DNA of 64,000 nucleotides from NCBI GenBank assembly GCA_050331735.1, contig JBHJGN010000004.1, forward strand, positions 64,001 to 128,000, given 5' to 3'. The DNA is from Cyanophyceae cyanobacterium. Lineage in GTDB: Bacteria > Cyanobacteriota > Cyanobacteriia > Cyanobacteriales > JBHJGN01. Positions 49,737-61,971 of the stretch are shown one piece after another. How positions within the stretch are numbered: the stretch's first letter is position 1; each line of letters begins with the position of its first letter. A program made the translations under genes and the position numbers. The notes beneath the pieces were generated by a model that worked only from the letters and a program-made list of their open reading frames with translations, searched no databases and was not told the origin of the DNA.

Positions 49737-50024
49737 ATGAACATTGTCAGCATTGTTTCTCTAACCCTAAGCTTAATCTTAGGGCTGATGACCTTTTTGT
49801 TTATTTTCCGGATCATTTTAACCTGGTATCCCCAGGCAGACCTCAATCGCTTTCCCTTGAGCTGGATCGTGAGACCCACTGAACCTTTTTTAGGGCCGAC
49901 TCGCAGCCTTGTTCCGCCGATTGGGGGAGTAGATATTAGTCCGATTATCTGGGTTGGAATCGTCACGCTGCTGCGGGAGATTCTTTTAGGACAGCAGGGA
50001 CTACTAACAATGGCGTTACGGTGA
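49737..50024 (+). CDS. YggT/Ycf19 membrane protein
   Basis: RIILTWYP, PTEPFL, PPIGGVDISP. Confidence 0.9.
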   Translation: MNIVSIVSLTLSLILGLMTFLFIFRIILTWYPQADLNRFPLSWIVRPTEPFLGPTRSLVPPIGGVDISPIIWVGIVTLLREILLGQQGLLTMALR

Positions 50025-50035
50025 AGGACGCTGGC

Positions 50036-51391
50036 TCAACGGTCGTTCGCTGCTCTCAGGTGTTGCTCGATAAAGTTTGTATAAACTTCTCCTTGCAAAA
50101 AAGCCGGGGTCTCCAGAATCTTTTGGTGAAAGCTAATTGTCGTCGGGACTCCAGTAATAGCGCACTCCCGCAAAGCTCGCTTCATTCTTTTAATTGCGGC
50201 TTCTCGATCAGCCCCCCAGACGATGAGCTTACCGATCAGCGAATCGTAGTAGGGAGGAATTTCGTAATCAGTGTACACGTGGGAATCCATGCGAACTCCT
50301 GGACCTCCGGGAGGAAGATAGCCGCTAATCACTCCCGGAGCAGGGCGAAAGTTGGCTTCTGGGTCTTCAGCGTTAATGCGACATTCAATCGCGTGACCGG
50401 AGAAGTTCACCTGTTCCTGGGTGAACTGTAGTTTTTCTCCTTGAGCGATGCGAATTTGCTCGCTGACTAAATCGAGTCCAGTAATCATCTCCGTCACGGG
50501 ATGCTCAACTTGAATGCGAGTATTCATCTCCATAAAGTAGAAGTCGCCAGTCTTGTCCAGCAAAAACTCTACAGTTCCCGCTCCCACATAGCCAATAGAT
50601 TGAGCAGCGCGCACGGCTGCCGTCCCCATTTTTTCCCGACGTTCAGGGGTAAGAGCAATGCTGGGAGCTTCTTCTAGGAGTTTTTGATGCCGTCGCTGAA
50701 TCGAGCAGTCTCTTTCTCCAAGATGCACAACATGACCATAACGATCAGCAAGAATTTGAAACTCGATATGGCGAGGACATTCTAGAAACTTTTCTAGATA
50801 GACCCCAGCATTTCCAAAAGCAGCTTCAGCTTCGCCTTTAGCAGCCCCAAATAGCTGCCGGAGTTCGCTGTCATTTCTGACGAGACGCATACCGCGTCCG
50901 CCACCTCCGGCCGTGGCCTTAATAATGACCGGATAGCCAATCTCTCTAGCAATCTTCCTCGCCTCGGCTTCCGTCTCCAACAGTCCCTCGCTGCCCGGTA
51001 CCGTCGGCACACCAGCTTGCTGCATGGTTTTCTTAGCCGTCGATTTGTCCCCCATGGCTAAAATCACGTCTGAAGTGGGACCAATGAAGGCAATTTGATG
51101 GTCAGCACAAATTTCAGCAAATTTGGCATTTTCTGCTAAGAAGCCATAGCCGGGATGAATGGCTGTCGCATTCCGGGTTAGCGCCGCAGCAATGATGTTG
51201 GGAATATTCAGATAGCTTTTACTATTAGCAGGACCGATACAAACACTTTCATCAGCAAGCTGTACGTGGAGGGCGTGGCGATCAACGGTTGAATGAACAG
51301 CAACGGTAGCAATCCCCATTTCTTCGCAGCTATGCAGAATTCGTAGCGCAATTTCCCCGCGATTGGCAATTAGAATTTTTGAAAACTGCAT
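50036..51391 (-). CDS. accC: Acetyl-CoA carboxylase, biotin carboxylase subunit
   Basis: [39 protein letters not shown]. Confidence 0.97.
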   Translation of the reverse strand: MQFSKILIANRGEIALRILHSCEEMGIATVAVHSTVDRHALHVQLADESVCIGPANSKSYLNIPNIIAAALTRNATAIHPGYGFLAENAKFAEICADHQIAFIGPTSDVILAMGDKSTAKKTMQQAGVPTVPGSEGLLETEAEARKIAREIGYPVIIKATAGGGGRGMRLVRNDSELRQLFGAAKGEAEAAFGNAGVYLEKFLECPRHIEFQILADRYGHVVHLGERDCSIQRRHQKLLEEAPSIALTPERREKMGTAAVRAAQSIGYVGAGTVEFLLDKTGDFYFMEMNTRIQVEHPVTEMITGLDLVSEQIRIAQGEKLQFTQEQVNFSGHAIECRINAEDPEANFRPAPGVISGYLPPGGPGVRMDSHVYTDYEIPPYYDSLIGKLIVWGADREAAIKRMKRALRECAITGVPTTISFHQKILETPAFLQGEVYTNFIEQHLRAANDR

Positions 51392-51457
51392 TTTGGGTGC
51401 ATTTGATTGGAGTCATTTAGTAGCATAATTTTTTCTGCGGCTTTTGTGATCGCAAAA

Positions 51458-51712
51458 TTAGAGAGAATCAGGAGGACTTGGCTGCACTGAGGAGGGGCGA
51501 TCGCTACTCCAAGCCCACCAGACCTGCTCGCATTCACACTGATAAAACTCCTGCCACTTCCGACGGTAGTTTTCTCCCATCACCGGAGCCCGGCGATTGA
51601 TCCAGACTTGTTCGGCGTGACCAGCAGAGGCTCGGCAGCGAGGACAGCAAAATTGAAGCGCATGAGTCGCTGTCTTGGTCCACGCAGGGGGAGTGGCGCT
51701 AAAAGCATTCAT
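51458..51712 (-). CDS. Small Cys-motif cyanobacterial hypothetical protein
   Basis: CPRC...VWINRRAPV...WQEFYQCEC...WWAWSSDRP. Confidence 0.7.
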   Translation of the reverse strand: MNAFSATPPAWTKTATHALQFCCPRCRASAGHAEQVWINRRAPVMGENYRRKWQEFYQCECEQVWWAWSSDRPSSVQPSPPDSL

Positions 51713-51982
51713 ATTAATAAGGTGTCTGAAGCAGCATCATTGCCTCGATTTTAGCGTGGAGACGTTCAGTCATGCTTGAAATAGCAAGGGGCGCGGGGCT
51801 CTCTTCTCGAAGAGGGATCAAAAAGTCCTCCCCAAAGACGGGCCTTGAGCGGGCTTGATCCGCGTTTAATTATTGATTGAGCTCATGATCGGCTCACTGG
51901 TTCCGATTCATTAAATTTCAAATTGATGCATCACCAGGGTCTCGGAAATGGGAAAATGAGAGTGGTACACCGGAGACAGCGC

Positions 51983-53296
51983 ATGAATACTCAACCTAAA
52001 ATTATTGTTCTTGATGACGATCCCACTGGCTCTCAAACTGTTCATGGTTGCCTCTTACTCATGCGCTGGGATGTAGAAACGCTACAGTTGGGACTGGCTG
52101 ACGATTCTCCCATCTTCTTTATTCTCACTAACACGAGGGCCCTGTCTCCAACTCAGGCTGCCGCCGTGACGCAAGCAGTCATTCACAACCTCAAAGCGGC
52201 GATCGCCGCTCAAGGAGTAGAGGATTTTTTGATTGTCAGTCGTTCTGACTCGACTCTCCGCGGTCATTATCCGATTGAAACCGATGTCATTGCTGAAGAA
52301 TTGGGGGAAGTCGATGCCCATTTTCTCGTGCCAGCCTTTTTTGAAGGGGGTCGCATGACGGTAGACAGTACACACTACCTGCTGGTTGACGGGGTGCCAA
52401 TCCCCGTTCATCAAACGGAATTTGCTCAAGATTCTGTCTTTGGCTATCACCATAGCTACCTGCCCGATTATGTAGCCGAAAAAACGCAGGGTCGCATTAC
52501 CGCTGATGCCGTAGAACGATTCGGGCTATCGGATGTGCGTGCTGGTACCCAAGAGCGGTTGATGAAGTTCACGGGAAACCAGTGCGTAGCTGTTGATGCC
52601 CAAACTCAGGACGATTTAGACCGCTTTGCCCAAGATGTGTTGGCCGCCGTTCGCTCCGGCAAACGCTTTCTATTTCGCAGTGCTGCTAGCCTGCTCACTT
52701 CCCTCGCCAGTCTTCCAGAACAGCCAACGAACCCCGAAGAGATGGCGAAATATCGCACCACCTCACAGCCAGGAGTCGTTTTGGTCGGCTCTCACGTTCA
52801 AAAAACGACTCAACAGCTCCAGCAGTTGCTGCGAGAGCCAGGAGTCACCCCGATTGAAGTCGATGTCGTGCGGCTGCGGCAATCGGAGCCAGAAGCTTTG
52901 CGTTCCGATATTCTTGCTCAGGTACAGCAAGCTTATCAGCAGCAACAAACTCCTGTCATTTACACATCCCGAGAGGAACTGACGTTTTCCAGCGTTCAGG
53001 AGCGCTTAGACTTCGGGGCTGTCGTTTCGTCTTTGCTGATGAGCATTGTCCGAGAGCTTCCTCGAGAAATCAGCTTTTTGGTGAGCAAGGGCGGGATTAC
53101 CTCTAACGACGTGCTGAGCACTGGCTTGAGCTTGAGGTCGGCCCGGCTCCTCGGTCAAATCTTACCCGGCTGTTCAATCGTGCGCACTCCTGCCGATCAT
53201 CCCCGTCCCCATCTGCCGGTTGTGCTGTTTCCTGGAAACGTGGGCGACACCCAAGCATTAGTCACCGTCTATCATCGTCTCCAGGGCGATCGCTAA
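51983..53296 (+). CDS. Four-carbon acid sugar kinase family (DUF1537)
   Basis: VLDDDPTGSQTV, RSDSTLRGH, KGGITS, FPGNVG; ATG at 51983. Confidence 0.88.
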   Translation: MNTQPKIIVLDDDPTGSQTVHGCLLLMRWDVETLQLGLADDSPIFFILTNTRALSPTQAAAVTQAVIHNLKAAIAAQGVEDFLIVSRSDSTLRGHYPIETDVIAEELGEVDAHFLVPAFFEGGRMTVDSTHYLLVDGVPIPVHQTEFAQDSVFGYHHSYLPDYVAEKTQGRITADAVERFGLSDVRAGTQERLMKFTGNQCVAVDAQTQDDLDRFAQDVLAAVRSGKRFLFRSAASLLTSLASLPEQPTNPEEMAKYRTTSQPGVVLVGSHVQKTTQQLQQLLREPGVTPIEVDVVRLRQSEPEALRSDILAQVQQAYQQQQTPVIYTSREELTFSSVQERLDFGAVVSSLLMSIVRELPREISFLVSKGGITSNDVLSTGLSLRSARLLGQILPGCSIVRTPADHPRPHLPVVLFPGNVGDTQALVTVYHRLQGDR

Positions 53297-53430
53297 ATCG
53301 TCAGCAGCTCCTCGTTGCCGAGTCCTGATCGAGATGTCCGGTGAGCGAATCCAAATTAACTATAATTCAGCCATCGTTTTGCGTTACGATGTCGTGTAGT
53401 CAATTCTTGTGAAGTCACTTTTTTTGGTGC

Positions 53431-54186
53431 ATGACTTCTGATTTTGTGCCGTTAGAGACGCCCTCGGCTCCAGTGGAATGTCAGTCTCAAATCCGCCTCA
53501 AGAATGAGGAAGGAAAACTGCTGATTATTTTACCAGTAGAAACGCCAAAACCGATAGACTGGGCGAGCGCTTGGCAAGATCTAAAATTCCGGTTTCAGGG
53601 AAATCGCTCTTGGCAATCGGCAACCGCCGTTCACCTGATAGCCCAGGATCAGCTCCTCGATGGTAGACAGCTCCAAACGCTGGCTCAGCTACTGCAAGAA
53701 GTTCATCTGCGGCTGGAGAGAATCTGCACTAGTCGGCGGCAAACGGCAGTGGCCGCCGCTATGGCGGGCTATTCTGTCGACCAAGAGCTACCGAACCTCG
53801 CCTCTGGGTTAAAGCCGCCGTCACTAGATAGCGAACCTCTATATTTGCAGGCAACAATTCGCTCTGGAATGGAAGTTCGCCATCCTGGTCCCATCGTCAT
53901 CGTCGGAGATGTCAATCCCGGGGGCAGTCTGATTGCCGCTGGCGACATTCTGGTGTGGGGGTGTTTGCGAGGCATTGCCCATGCTGGAGCTCAAGGCGAT
54001 CGCACCGCCAAAATTATGGCCCTGCGCATGGAGCCCACTCAGCTCAGAATCGCTAGCGTTGTTGCCAGAGCCCCAGAAGCTCCTCCTGGTCAGGTAGAGC
54101 CGGAAGTGGCCTACGTCAGCGCTGCGGGGATTCGCATTGCGAAGGCCCTTAACTTTGCTAAATCCTTGGTTTTTCAAAACGGCTAG
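53431..54186 (+). CDS. minC: Septum site-determining protein MinC
   Basis: TIRSG, GDVNPGG.LIAAGDILVWG.LRGIAHAGA. Confidence 0.93.
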   Translation: MTSDFVPLETPSAPVECQSQIRLKNEEGKLLIILPVETPKPIDWASAWQDLKFRFQGNRSWQSATAVHLIAQDQLLDGRQLQTLAQLLQEVHLRLERICTSRRQTAVAAAMAGYSVDQELPNLASGLKPPSLDSEPLYLQATIRSGMEVRHPGPIVIVGDVNPGGSLIAAGDILVWGCLRGIAHAGAQGDRTAKIMALRMEPTQLRIASVVARAPEAPPGQVEPEVAYVSAAGIRIAKALNFAKSLVFQNG

Positions 54187-54211
54187 CGAGCCATTCACTA
54201 TTCACTAAGAC

Positions 54212-55009
54212 ATGAGCCGCATTATCGTTGTTACCTCCGGGAAAGGAGGGGTCGGAAAAACGACCGTGACTGCTAATCTGGGAACCGCCATCGCTCGCTT
54301 GGGGCGAAAAGTGGTGTTGGTCGATGCAGATTTTGGCTTAAGAAATTTAGATTTGCTGTTGGGACTGGAAAATCGAGTGGTTTATACAGCGGTCGATGTC
54401 GTAGAGGGAGAATGCTCCCTGGAAAAAGCGTTAGTGAAAGACAAGCGCCAACCCGGTCTGGCTCTGCTCCCCGCCGCCCAAACCCGCAACAAAGAAGCGG
54501 TCACTCCAGAGCAGATGAAAAAGTTGGTGACCTCTTTGGCTCAAGATCATGATTATGTACTTGTCGATTGTCCGGCGGGAATTGAAATGGGGTTTCGCAA
54601 TGCCATTTCTGCTGCTCAAGAAGCCATTATTGTGACGACGCCAGAAGTGGCAGCAGTACGAGATGCCGACAGGGTCGTGGGGTTACTGGAAACCGAAAAT
54701 CTCAAAAGTATTCGCCTGATCGTCAATCGAGTCAGACCAGAAATGATTCAGCTCAACGAAATGCTGAGCATTGAAGATATGCTGGATCTGCTAGTCGTGC
54801 CGCTGCTAGGCATCATTCCTGACGACGAACGGGTGATTGTTTCAAGTAATCGAGGAGAACCGTTAGTGCTAGACAGCAAACCCTCTTTGCCAGCCGTAGC
54901 CTTCAACAACATTGCCCGCCGGCTGGAGGGACATGAGGTAGCCTATTTAGATCTAATGGCTGCCCACGATAACTTGCTGACTCGGATTCGCCGTTGGTTG
55001 CGAGGCTAG
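54212..55009 (+). CDS. minD: MinD ATPase
   Basis: SGKGGVGKTT, DFGLRNLDLLLGLE, DCPAGIE, C-terminal amphipathic helix. Confidence 0.97.
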   Translation: MSRIIVVTSGKGGVGKTTVTANLGTAIARLGRKVVLVDADFGLRNLDLLLGLENRVVYTAVDVVEGECSLEKALVKDKRQPGLALLPAAQTRNKEAVTPEQMKKLVTSLAQDHDYVLVDCPAGIEMGFRNAISAAQEAIIVTTPEVAAVRDADRVVGLLETENLKSIRLIVNRVRPEMIQLNEMLSIEDMLDLLVVPLLGIIPDDERVIVSSNRGEPLVLDSKPSLPAVAFNNIARRLEGHEVAYLDLMAAHDNLLTRIRRWLRG

Positions 55010-55035
55010 GGTATGAGGAGCACTAGTTCAAATCT

Positions 55036-55308
55036 ATGATTATCGAACTCCTAGAGCGGATTTTCCGATGGGGACCACCTCACAGTAGCCGGACAGAAGC
55101 TAAACGTCGGCTCAAACTTGTAATTGCTCATGACCGAGCGGGTCTCAGTCCAGAAATGATTGAGTCAATGCGGCGAGAAATTTTAGAGGTGGTGAGCCGT
55201 TATGTTGATATCGATCCCGACGCGATGGAATTTTCGATCGAGAGCAACCAGCGGGTGACCGCCCTGATTGCTAATTTGCCCATTCAGCGCGTTAAAAATG
55301 GCTCCTGA
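55036..55308 (+). CDS. minE: MinE
   Basis: [28 protein letters not shown]. Confidence 0.95.
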   Translation: MIIELLERIFRWGPPHSSRTEAKRRLKLVIAHDRAGLSPEMIESMRREILEVVSRYVDIDPDAMEFSIESNQRVTALIANLPIQRVKNGS

Positions 55309-55404
55309 TCCCAAGCCGGCCATGATGAGCTGAGAATTCGGCAGCATAGCTGAGAAGCAAGAGATAATAGAGATCTGTCTAGCTATATAATCTGAAGCTA
55401 GCGA

Positions 55405-55632
55405 TTGATTTTATTGAGTTGTAGTGAGGAGGCCATTTTGAATCAATCTCATCAGCCGTCTCTAGCCGCTGACCTGGCGTTAAGTTTAGCGACCGGTCCT
55501 TTTTTACTGGGGCTAGTGGCGCTCGGGTCGGTTGCGGATCTGCTCCAGGAGCTAGGCCAAACCAGTGAAGAAATGTTTCGCGGCGATCGCTTGCCGATTC
55601 TTCCCGTTCCAGAAGCACCACCAAAGCACTAG
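55405..55632 (+). CDS. Small cyanobacterial hypothetical protein; start uncertain
   Basis: LSLATGPFLLG...LGQTSEEMFRGDRLPIL. Confidence 0.65.
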   Translation: MILLSCSEEAILNQSHQPSLAADLALSLATGPFLLGLVALGSVADLLQELGQTSEEMFRGDRLPILPVPEAPPKH

Positions 55633-55774
55633 GGATCTGGATTTCGAGCAGCAGCACCGGGAGAGATGCTCCTTCAAAACAAAAATTTAGTATTGATTAA
55701 AACGATACAAAAGTCGGTTTCCCTTTAAAATCAGGAAATTCCTTCTGAATAGTTATTGAGCAACGACAGGGATT

Positions 55775-58700
55775 ATGAGTTCGGTGATTCAATCATTTCC
55801 AGACAGCGTCTTTTCTCCATCGGACCTGTTTTTGCGCCATCGCCTTAAGTTGGTGGAAGATCTGTGGGAGTCGGTTTTACGGTCTGAGTGCGGTCAGGAT
55901 TTAGTAGACTTACTCAAGCAGTTGCGATCGCTTTCTCCTGACGGGCAAGCCCCCGAGCTGCCTCACTCTTGCCCTAACCTGATTGAAAAACTAGAGCTAG
56001 ATGCTGCCATTAGAACAGCGAGAGCCTTTGCTCTTTACTTTCAGCTGATTAATATTGTTGAACAGCATTACGACCAGCGCAACCAGCAGCTCCTGCGGCG
56101 CCGGATTGCTGGACAAACGAACGACAGCAACGGCAATCCTAGTTTTGCTTCACCTAGCCTCAAATCCCTCGAAAAGAGTCTCCCCGAAGAAAACCAACAG
56201 GCTGGCTTTCACTGGCTGTTTCCTGCCCTGAAGCAGTTGAATATGCCGCCGCAAATGATCCAGCGTCTGCTCGATCAGCTCGATGTGCGGCTGGTGCTCA
56301 CTGCCCATCCAACAGAGATTGTCCGTCCCACCATCCGTAAAAAACAACGGCGAATTTCTCATATTCTACAAAAGCTTGACCAAGCGGAGGAAGCTGTTCC
56401 AGAGATAGAGCTATCAACGTCTTGGGAAGCCGAAGCAGCCACAGAAGAGCTTACCGAAGAAATTCGGCTGTGGTGGCGTACCGACGAACTGCATCAATTT
56501 AAGCCTACCGTTCTTGATGAAGTGGACTACGCGCTCCATTACTTCGAGACGGTTCTCTTTGAAGCTGTTCCCCAGCTATCGGTGCGTCTGAAGCAGGCTC
56601 TTAAACAGTCGTTTCCCAGTCTGCGTCCTCCCCACAATCAGTTTTGTCAGTTCGGTTCCTGGGTGGGAGCAGACCGGGACGGCAATCCCTCGGTGACTCC
56701 ACAGGTTACCTGGAAAACCGCCTGCTATCAGCGTAACTTGGTGCTAGAGAAATATCTGTATTCGGTGCGTCAGCTAATTACGCTGCTGAGCTTATCTCTG
56801 CACTGGAGCGATGTCTTGCCGGAACTGCTCGACTCTCTGGAGCAAGACCGCCTACAGATGCCAGAGGTCTACGAAGAATTGGCCATTCGCTATCGCCAAG
56901 AACCCTATCGACTCAAGTTAGCGTACATTCAAAAGCGCCTGGAAAACACCCGCGCTCGCAACCACCGGCTGGCTGACTCTCCCGAGAGAAAACCTCCTGC
57001 CGAAACGGAGCTGAGCAACATCTACCGCTCTGGAAAAGAGTTTTTATCAGAACTACAGCTAATTCAACAGAACTTATCGCAGACGGGCTTAAGCTGTCGC
57101 GACTTAAATCAGCTCGTTTGTCAAGTAGAAATTTACGGTTTTACCCTCACTCAGCTAGATTTCCGCCAAGAATCAACTCGTCATGCTAGCGCCATCGAAG
57201 AAATTGCCCAGTACCTACAAATTCTGCCCTCTCCCTACGGTCAGCTTTCTGAAGCCGAAAAAACAGCGTGGCTCGTTGACGAACTCAGAACCCGGAGACC
57301 TCTGATTCCGGTAGAAATGCCTTTTTCCTCCCAAACCTGCGAAACAATCGAAACGCTGCGTGTTCTGCGGCAGCTGCAACATGAATTTGGACCGGAAATT
57401 TGCCAGACCTACATCATTAGCATGAGCCATCATGTCAGCGATATCCTTGAAGTCCTGCTCCTTGCTCAAGAGGCTGGGCTCTACGACCCCGCCACTAGTT
57501 CAGGAACGGTTCGCATTGTCCCGCTGTTTGAAACGGTCGATGACCTCAAGAGAGCTCCATCAATTATGCGCGAACTGTTTGAGCTTCCGCTATACCGTGC
57601 TTATTTGTCAGGAGGATACGAGCATTTAGAATCAAACACTTCTCCTCGCGCGCTCGGAGCCGATTTAGCTCAGGGACAGACGGGATCTAGTGCTCATACT
57701 GATGACGCCAACGCTCATCTCCCAGCACCGTTGTTACAGCCAGCAGACCTACAGGAGGTGATGCTTGGCTATTCAGACAGCAACAAAGATTCTGGTTTCT
57801 TGAGCAGTAATTGGGAAATTCATAAAGCGCAAAAAGCACTGCAAAAGCTATCTCAGGAGTATGGCGTTACCCTGCGCATCTTTCATGGACGCGGTGGCTC
57901 AGTCGGTCGCGGTGGCGGTCCAGCCTACGAGGCAATACTGGCTCAGCCGCCAGGGACAATTAACGGACGAATCAAAATTACCGAACAGGGAGAGGTGTTA
58001 GCGTCTAAGTATTCGCTGCCGGAACTCGCTCTTTATAATCTAGAAACTATTTCTACCGCCGTCCTCCAGGCGAGTTTATTGGGGAGTGGGTTTGACGACA
58101 TCGAACCCTGGAACAAAATTATGGAAGACCTCGCCTCTCGTTCTCGTGCTGCTTATCGCGCGTTGATCTACGAAGAGCCAGACTTCCTCGATTTCTTTCT
58201 ATCTGTTACTCCCATTCAAGAGATTAGCCAGCTGCAAATTAGCTCTCGTCCCGCAAGACGCAGCGGTGGTAAGAAAGACCTCAGCAGTCTACGGGCGATT
58301 CCTTGGGTGTTTAGCTGGACTCAAAGCCGCTTTCTGCTTCCAGCTTGGTACGGTGTAGGAACGGCCCTGCGGGAGTTTCTCGAGCAGGCCCCGACAGAAA
58401 ATTTGAAGCTGCTGCGCTACTTTTACTTCAAATGGCCGTTCTTTAAAATGGCGATTTCCAAGGTCGAGATGACCCTGTCGAAAGTCGATCTGCAAATGGC
58501 GTATCACTATGTCAGCGAGCTGTCGCTCTCCGAAGACCGAGAGCGCTTTGATAGACTGTTCAAACAGATTTCTAACGAGTACTACTCGACAAGTGACATC
58601 GTTTTGAGCATCAATGGTCAGAAAAAACTGCTAGACGGCGACCCGGATTTGCAGCGCTCGGTTCAGCTTCGCAGCGGCACGATTGTGCCCTTAGGGTTTC

Positions 58701-58846
58701 TACAGGTTTCTCTGCTCAAGCGCCTGCGCCAGTATACCAGTCAAGAATCGGGCTTAGTCCACTTCCGCCACAGCAAAGAAGAGTTGCTGCGCGGAGCCTT
58801 GTTAACCATCAACGGCATCGCCGCAGGAATGCGGAACACTGGTTAA
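55775..58846 (+). CDS. ppc: Phosphoenolpyruvate carboxylase
   Basis: [52 protein letters not shown]. Confidence 0.98.
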   Translation: MSSVIQSFPDSVFSPSDLFLRHRLKLVEDLWESVLRSECGQDLVDLLKQLRSLSPDGQAPELPHSCPNLIEKLELDAAIRTARAFALYFQLINIVEQHYDQRNQQLLRRRIAGQTNDSNGNPSFASPSLKSLEKSLPEENQQAGFHWLFPALKQLNMPPQMIQRLLDQLDVRLVLTAHPTEIVRPTIRKKQRRISHILQKLDQAEEAVPEIELSTSWEAEAATEELTEEIRLWWRTDELHQFKPTVLDEVDYALHYFETVLFEAVPQLSVRLKQALKQSFPSLRPPHNQFCQFGSWVGADRDGNPSVTPQVTWKTACYQRNLVLEKYLYSVRQLITLLSLSLHWSDVLPELLDSLEQDRLQMPEVYEELAIRYRQEPYRLKLAYIQKRLENTRARNHRLADSPERKPPAETELSNIYRSGKEFLSELQLIQQNLSQTGLSCRDLNQLVCQVEIYGFTLTQLDFRQESTRHASAIEEIAQYLQILPSPYGQLSEAEKTAWLVDELRTRRPLIPVEMPFSSQTCETIETLRVLRQLQHEFGPEICQTYIISMSHHVSDILEVLLLAQEAGLYDPATSSGTVRIVPLFETVDDLKRAPSIMRELFELPLYRAYLSGGYEHLESNTSPRALGADLAQGQTGSSAHTDDANAHLPAPLLQPADLQEVMLGYSDSNKDSGFLSSNWEIHKAQKALQKLSQEYGVTLRIFHGRGGSVGRGGGPAYEAILAQPPGTINGRIKITEQGEVLASKYSLPELALYNLETISTAVLQASLLGSGFDDIEPWNKIMEDLASRSRAAYRALIYEEPDFLDFFLSVTPIQEISQLQISSRPARRSGGKKDLSSLRAIPWVFSWTQSRFLLPAWYGVGTALREFLEQAPTENLKLLRYFYFKWPFFKMAISKVEMTLSKVDLQMAYHYVSELSLSEDRERFDRLFKQISNEYYSTSDIVLSINGQKKLLDGDPDLQRSVQLRSGTIVPLGFLQVSLLKRLRQYTSQESGLVHFRHSKEELLRGALLTINGIAAGMRNTG

Positions 58847-58853
58847 GAGCTGT

Positions 58854-59957
58854 TTAGGTTTCACAACGGTAAACAGGGAGGGTAAAGTGAAAACAGCTCC
58901 CCTGGTTCAGGGCACTGTCTACCCAAATCTGCCCGTAGTGAGCGTTAATGATTTGGCGACAGAGAGCTAGTCCCAGTCCGTAACCGTCTTGAGCTTCGTC
59001 CCGCTGCAGGCGAAAATGCCCCTCAAAAATACGCTCTTGTTCTGCTATCGGAATTCCCGGTCCAGTGTCACTAATGCTAATCTGGATTTTTTGGGTAGTG
59101 CGGTGCAGAGCAGATAGTTTAATGATCCCTGCTTCGGGGGTATATTTGACGGCATTTTCTAGTAAATTGATCAGCACCTGTCGCAAAAGTTCTTGGTCGG
59201 CATAGACGGTCGGTAAATCTTGAGGAATGTCTTGGTCAAACTGTTGCCGCTTGTCTTGAAACCGACTGGCAAACTGTGCCGCTATTTCCTGGCACAAAGT
59301 TTGTATAGATAGCTGACTGGGGTCAAGATTTAACCGAGCTCCCGTACTTTTTGAAGCCTGCAGCAGATCGGCAATCATCCGGTTCATCGCCCGAAATTGC
59401 TGGCGAATTTGCTGGTGAAGGTGCTGTTTAAGCGGCACCAAGTCTGCTTCATCTTGTCGACTTTGAGCTAATTCTAGGGTGTCTACAGCGATGGAAGCGG
59501 CTGTAAGAGGACTGCGCAGATCGTGAGCTAACATCGCCACGATTTGGTCTTTAAAGCGAAGCTGTTCTCGCAGCTTGTCCTGTTCTTGCCTGAGGCAAAA
59601 AATTTCGTCAGACAGTCGCATTACTTCAGCAGAGCAGGCGATCGCCTCATCTAAACTTCCAGGAGAGGTTGCGGCTTCTGCATCCCCGGCGGAGGCTTGC
59701 CACTGAAGCCAACACTTTCTCAGCTGAGTAATTAAGTTACTGCCCGCCAGCGTTTGCCGAGGTGATGGATAGATTTTGACTAAAGCTGGAGTAGCTACTA
59801 GTTTAAAATGTTCAACCAGATGAGGCTGCTCGCGGGTCTCTATCACCTGTAGATTAAAGGGGTAATGAGCCTCTGAGTGTAGGTAATCCCGGATTTGCTG
59901 AATATTTTCCCAACAATTTAAGCGGTCATCGACAAAAAGAAGGAGCTTCAGTAACAC
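58854..59957 (-). CDS. sasA: Circadian adaptive-response kinase SasA
   Basis: KaiB-like N-domain (QPHLVEHFKLVATPALVKIYP), AHDLRSPL H-box, HATPase motifs. Confidence 0.9.
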   Translation of the reverse strand: MLLKLLLFVDDRLNCWENIQQIRDYLHSEAHYPFNLQVIETREQPHLVEHFKLVATPALVKIYPSPRQTLAGSNLITQLRKCWLQWQASAGDAEAATSPGSLDEAIACSAEVMRLSDEIFCLRQEQDKLREQLRFKDQIVAMLAHDLRSPLTAASIAVDTLELAQSRQDEADLVPLKQHLHQQIRQQFRAMNRMIADLLQASKSTGARLNLDPSQLSIQTLCQEIAAQFASRFQDKRQQFDQDIPQDLPTVYADQELLRQVLINLLENAVKYTPEAGIIKLSALHRTTQKIQISISDTGPGIPIAEQERIFEGHFRLQRDEAQDGYGLGLALCRQIINAHYGQIWVDSALNQGSCFHFTLPVYRCET

Positions 59958-60297
59958 TGGAAAATGCGCGTTTCTGTTTTTATCTGCCTAAGCGCTTTTC
60001 CTGTTAATGATTCAACCTTGATGAGCACGTCAGTTAAGCAGCTTCGGCAGCAGTTGTTTGCATCTATCTTAATGCATAGCCGGGGACTTCAACAATCAAG
60101 CAGAGACGGGGGGAAGAGTTTCCTGATTGCTGATTCGGGCTTTTTTCTGGGCAGGCTAGGCAAAATTCGTGTAGCCCGAAATTGCTCCTGAAATTCTCGC
60201 CGTGACTCATGACGATGTTTATCTCCTAGGGATCTTAAGATAGTGTAAAATTTACACCATCTGTTCCAGCTCTTTAATCAAAAACTCCGCAACTGTT

Positions 60298-61887
60298 ATG
60301 GCTCTTGGCTACGTCGCCCTCGTTCTCCATGCTCACCTGCCTTTTGTTCGGCATCCGGAAAGCGATTACGTTTTAGAAGAAGAATGGCTCTTTGAAGCGA
60401 TTACGGAAACTTATGTTCCTCTCCTGCACGTTTTTGAGGGACTGAAGCGGGATGGCATCGATTTCAAAATGACAATGAGCATGACACCGCCTCTAATTTC
60501 CATGCTGCGAGACCCGCTGCTACAGGAACGCTATAGCGACCATCTCGGTAAGTTAGAAGAATTGGTTGCCAAAGAAGTTGAGCATAACGAGCATAACGGA
60601 CATATTCGCTATTTGGCCGAGCATTACGCCACCTCGTTTCGGGAAATTCGCAGTACGTGGGAACGCTACGACGGCGATTTGGTAATGGCTTTTAAGCAGT
60701 TTCTAGACAGCAATAACCTAGAAATTATTACCTGCGGTGCCACTCATGGCTATCTACCGCTGATGAAGATGTACCCCCAGGCAGTCTGGGCACAGATTGA
60801 GGTAGCCTGCGAACATTATCAAGAAAATTTTGGTCGTCCTCCAAAAGGCATTTGGTTGCCAGAATGTGCTTACTACGAAGGATTAGAGCGCATGCTGGCT
60901 GATGCCGATCTGCGCTATTTTCTCACCGACGGACACGGTATCCTCTATGCTCGCCCGCGTCCTCGTTTTGGCTCCTACGCTCCCATCTTTACTGAAACTG
61001 GTGTCGCTGCCTTCGGGCGAGACCATGAATCCTCGCAGCAGGTTTGGTCTTCTCAAGTAGGCTATCCTGGCGACCCAGACTATCGGGAATTTTACAAAGA
61101 TCTGGGCTGGGAAGCCGAATACGAATACATTAAGCCCTATATCATGCCTAATGGTCAGCGTAAGAACACTGGGATCAAATACCACAAAATTACCAGTCGC
61201 ACCGCTGGTCTGTCCGACAAAGCTTTATACGACCCCTACTGGGCCCGAGAAAAGGCAGCAGAACACGCCGGTAACTTTATGTACAATCGGGAACGACAAG
61301 TAGAGCATCTAGCGGGGGTGATGCAGCGACCGCCGATGATTGTGTCTCCCTATGATGCTGAACTGTTTGGCCACTGGTGGTATGAAGGACCTTGGTTTAT
61401 CGACTACCTGTTCCGGAAATCCTGGTACGATCAAAACACCTACGAGATGACGCACCTCGCCGACTATCTCCGCGACAATCCCACTCAGCAGGTATGTCGT
61501 CCTTCTCAGTCTAGTTGGGGGTACAAAGGTTTCCACGAATATTGGCTTAACGAAACTAACGCCTGGATTTATCCCCATCTGCACAAAGCAACGGAACGGA
61601 TGATTCATCTAGCCAATCGGGAACCGCTAGATGAGCTAGAGTGGAAAGCCCTCAACCAAGCAGCAAGAGAGCTACTGCTGGCGCAGTCCTCGGACTGGGC
61701 ATTTATTATGCGGACAGGAACGATGGTTCCTTACGCGGTGCGCAGAACGAGATCGCACCTTTTGCGCTTCAACAAACTCTACGAGGATATTCTGATCGGT
61801 AAGATCGACTCCGGTTGGCTCGAAAAGGTGGAAAAAATAGACAACATTTTCCCGAATATCAACTATCGGGTCTATCGACCGCTCTGA
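60298..61887 (+). CDS. GH57 (DUF1957) 1,4-alpha-glucan branching enzyme-like
   Basis: LHAHLPFVRH, WLPECAY, YDAELFGHWWYEG, LAQSSDW. Confidence 0.92.
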   Translation: MALGYVALVLHAHLPFVRHPESDYVLEEEWLFEAITETYVPLLHVFEGLKRDGIDFKMTMSMTPPLISMLRDPLLQERYSDHLGKLEELVAKEVEHNEHNGHIRYLAEHYATSFREIRSTWERYDGDLVMAFKQFLDSNNLEIITCGATHGYLPLMKMYPQAVWAQIEVACEHYQENFGRPPKGIWLPECAYYEGLERMLADADLRYFLTDGHGILYARPRPRFGSYAPIFTETGVAAFGRDHESSQQVWSSQVGYPGDPDYREFYKDLGWEAEYEYIKPYIMPNGQRKNTGIKYHKITSRTAGLSDKALYDPYWAREKAAEHAGNFMYNRERQVEHLAGVMQRPPMIVSPYDAELFGHWWYEGPWFIDYLFRKSWYDQNTYEMTHLADYLRDNPTQQVCRPSQSSWGYKGFHEYWLNETNAWIYPHLHKATERMIHLANREPLDELEWKALNQAARELLLAQSSDWAFIMRTGTMVPYAVRRTRSHLLRFNKLYEDILIGKIDSGWLEKVEKIDNIFPNINYRVYRPL

Positions 61888-61971
61888 GAGCATTAGCCAA
61901 TTTTGAAATCTTGCTCTCAGAATCCATTGTGAGCCGGTCGCTAATTGAAGATCGTCGCTCTCGGTCGCTCA

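Noticed and set aside
57620..57750. Low-complexity insertion in PEP carboxylase, considered as an intein or mobile insert
   Set aside because: Short, in frame, no intein termini; this loop is variable in cyanobacterial PEPC
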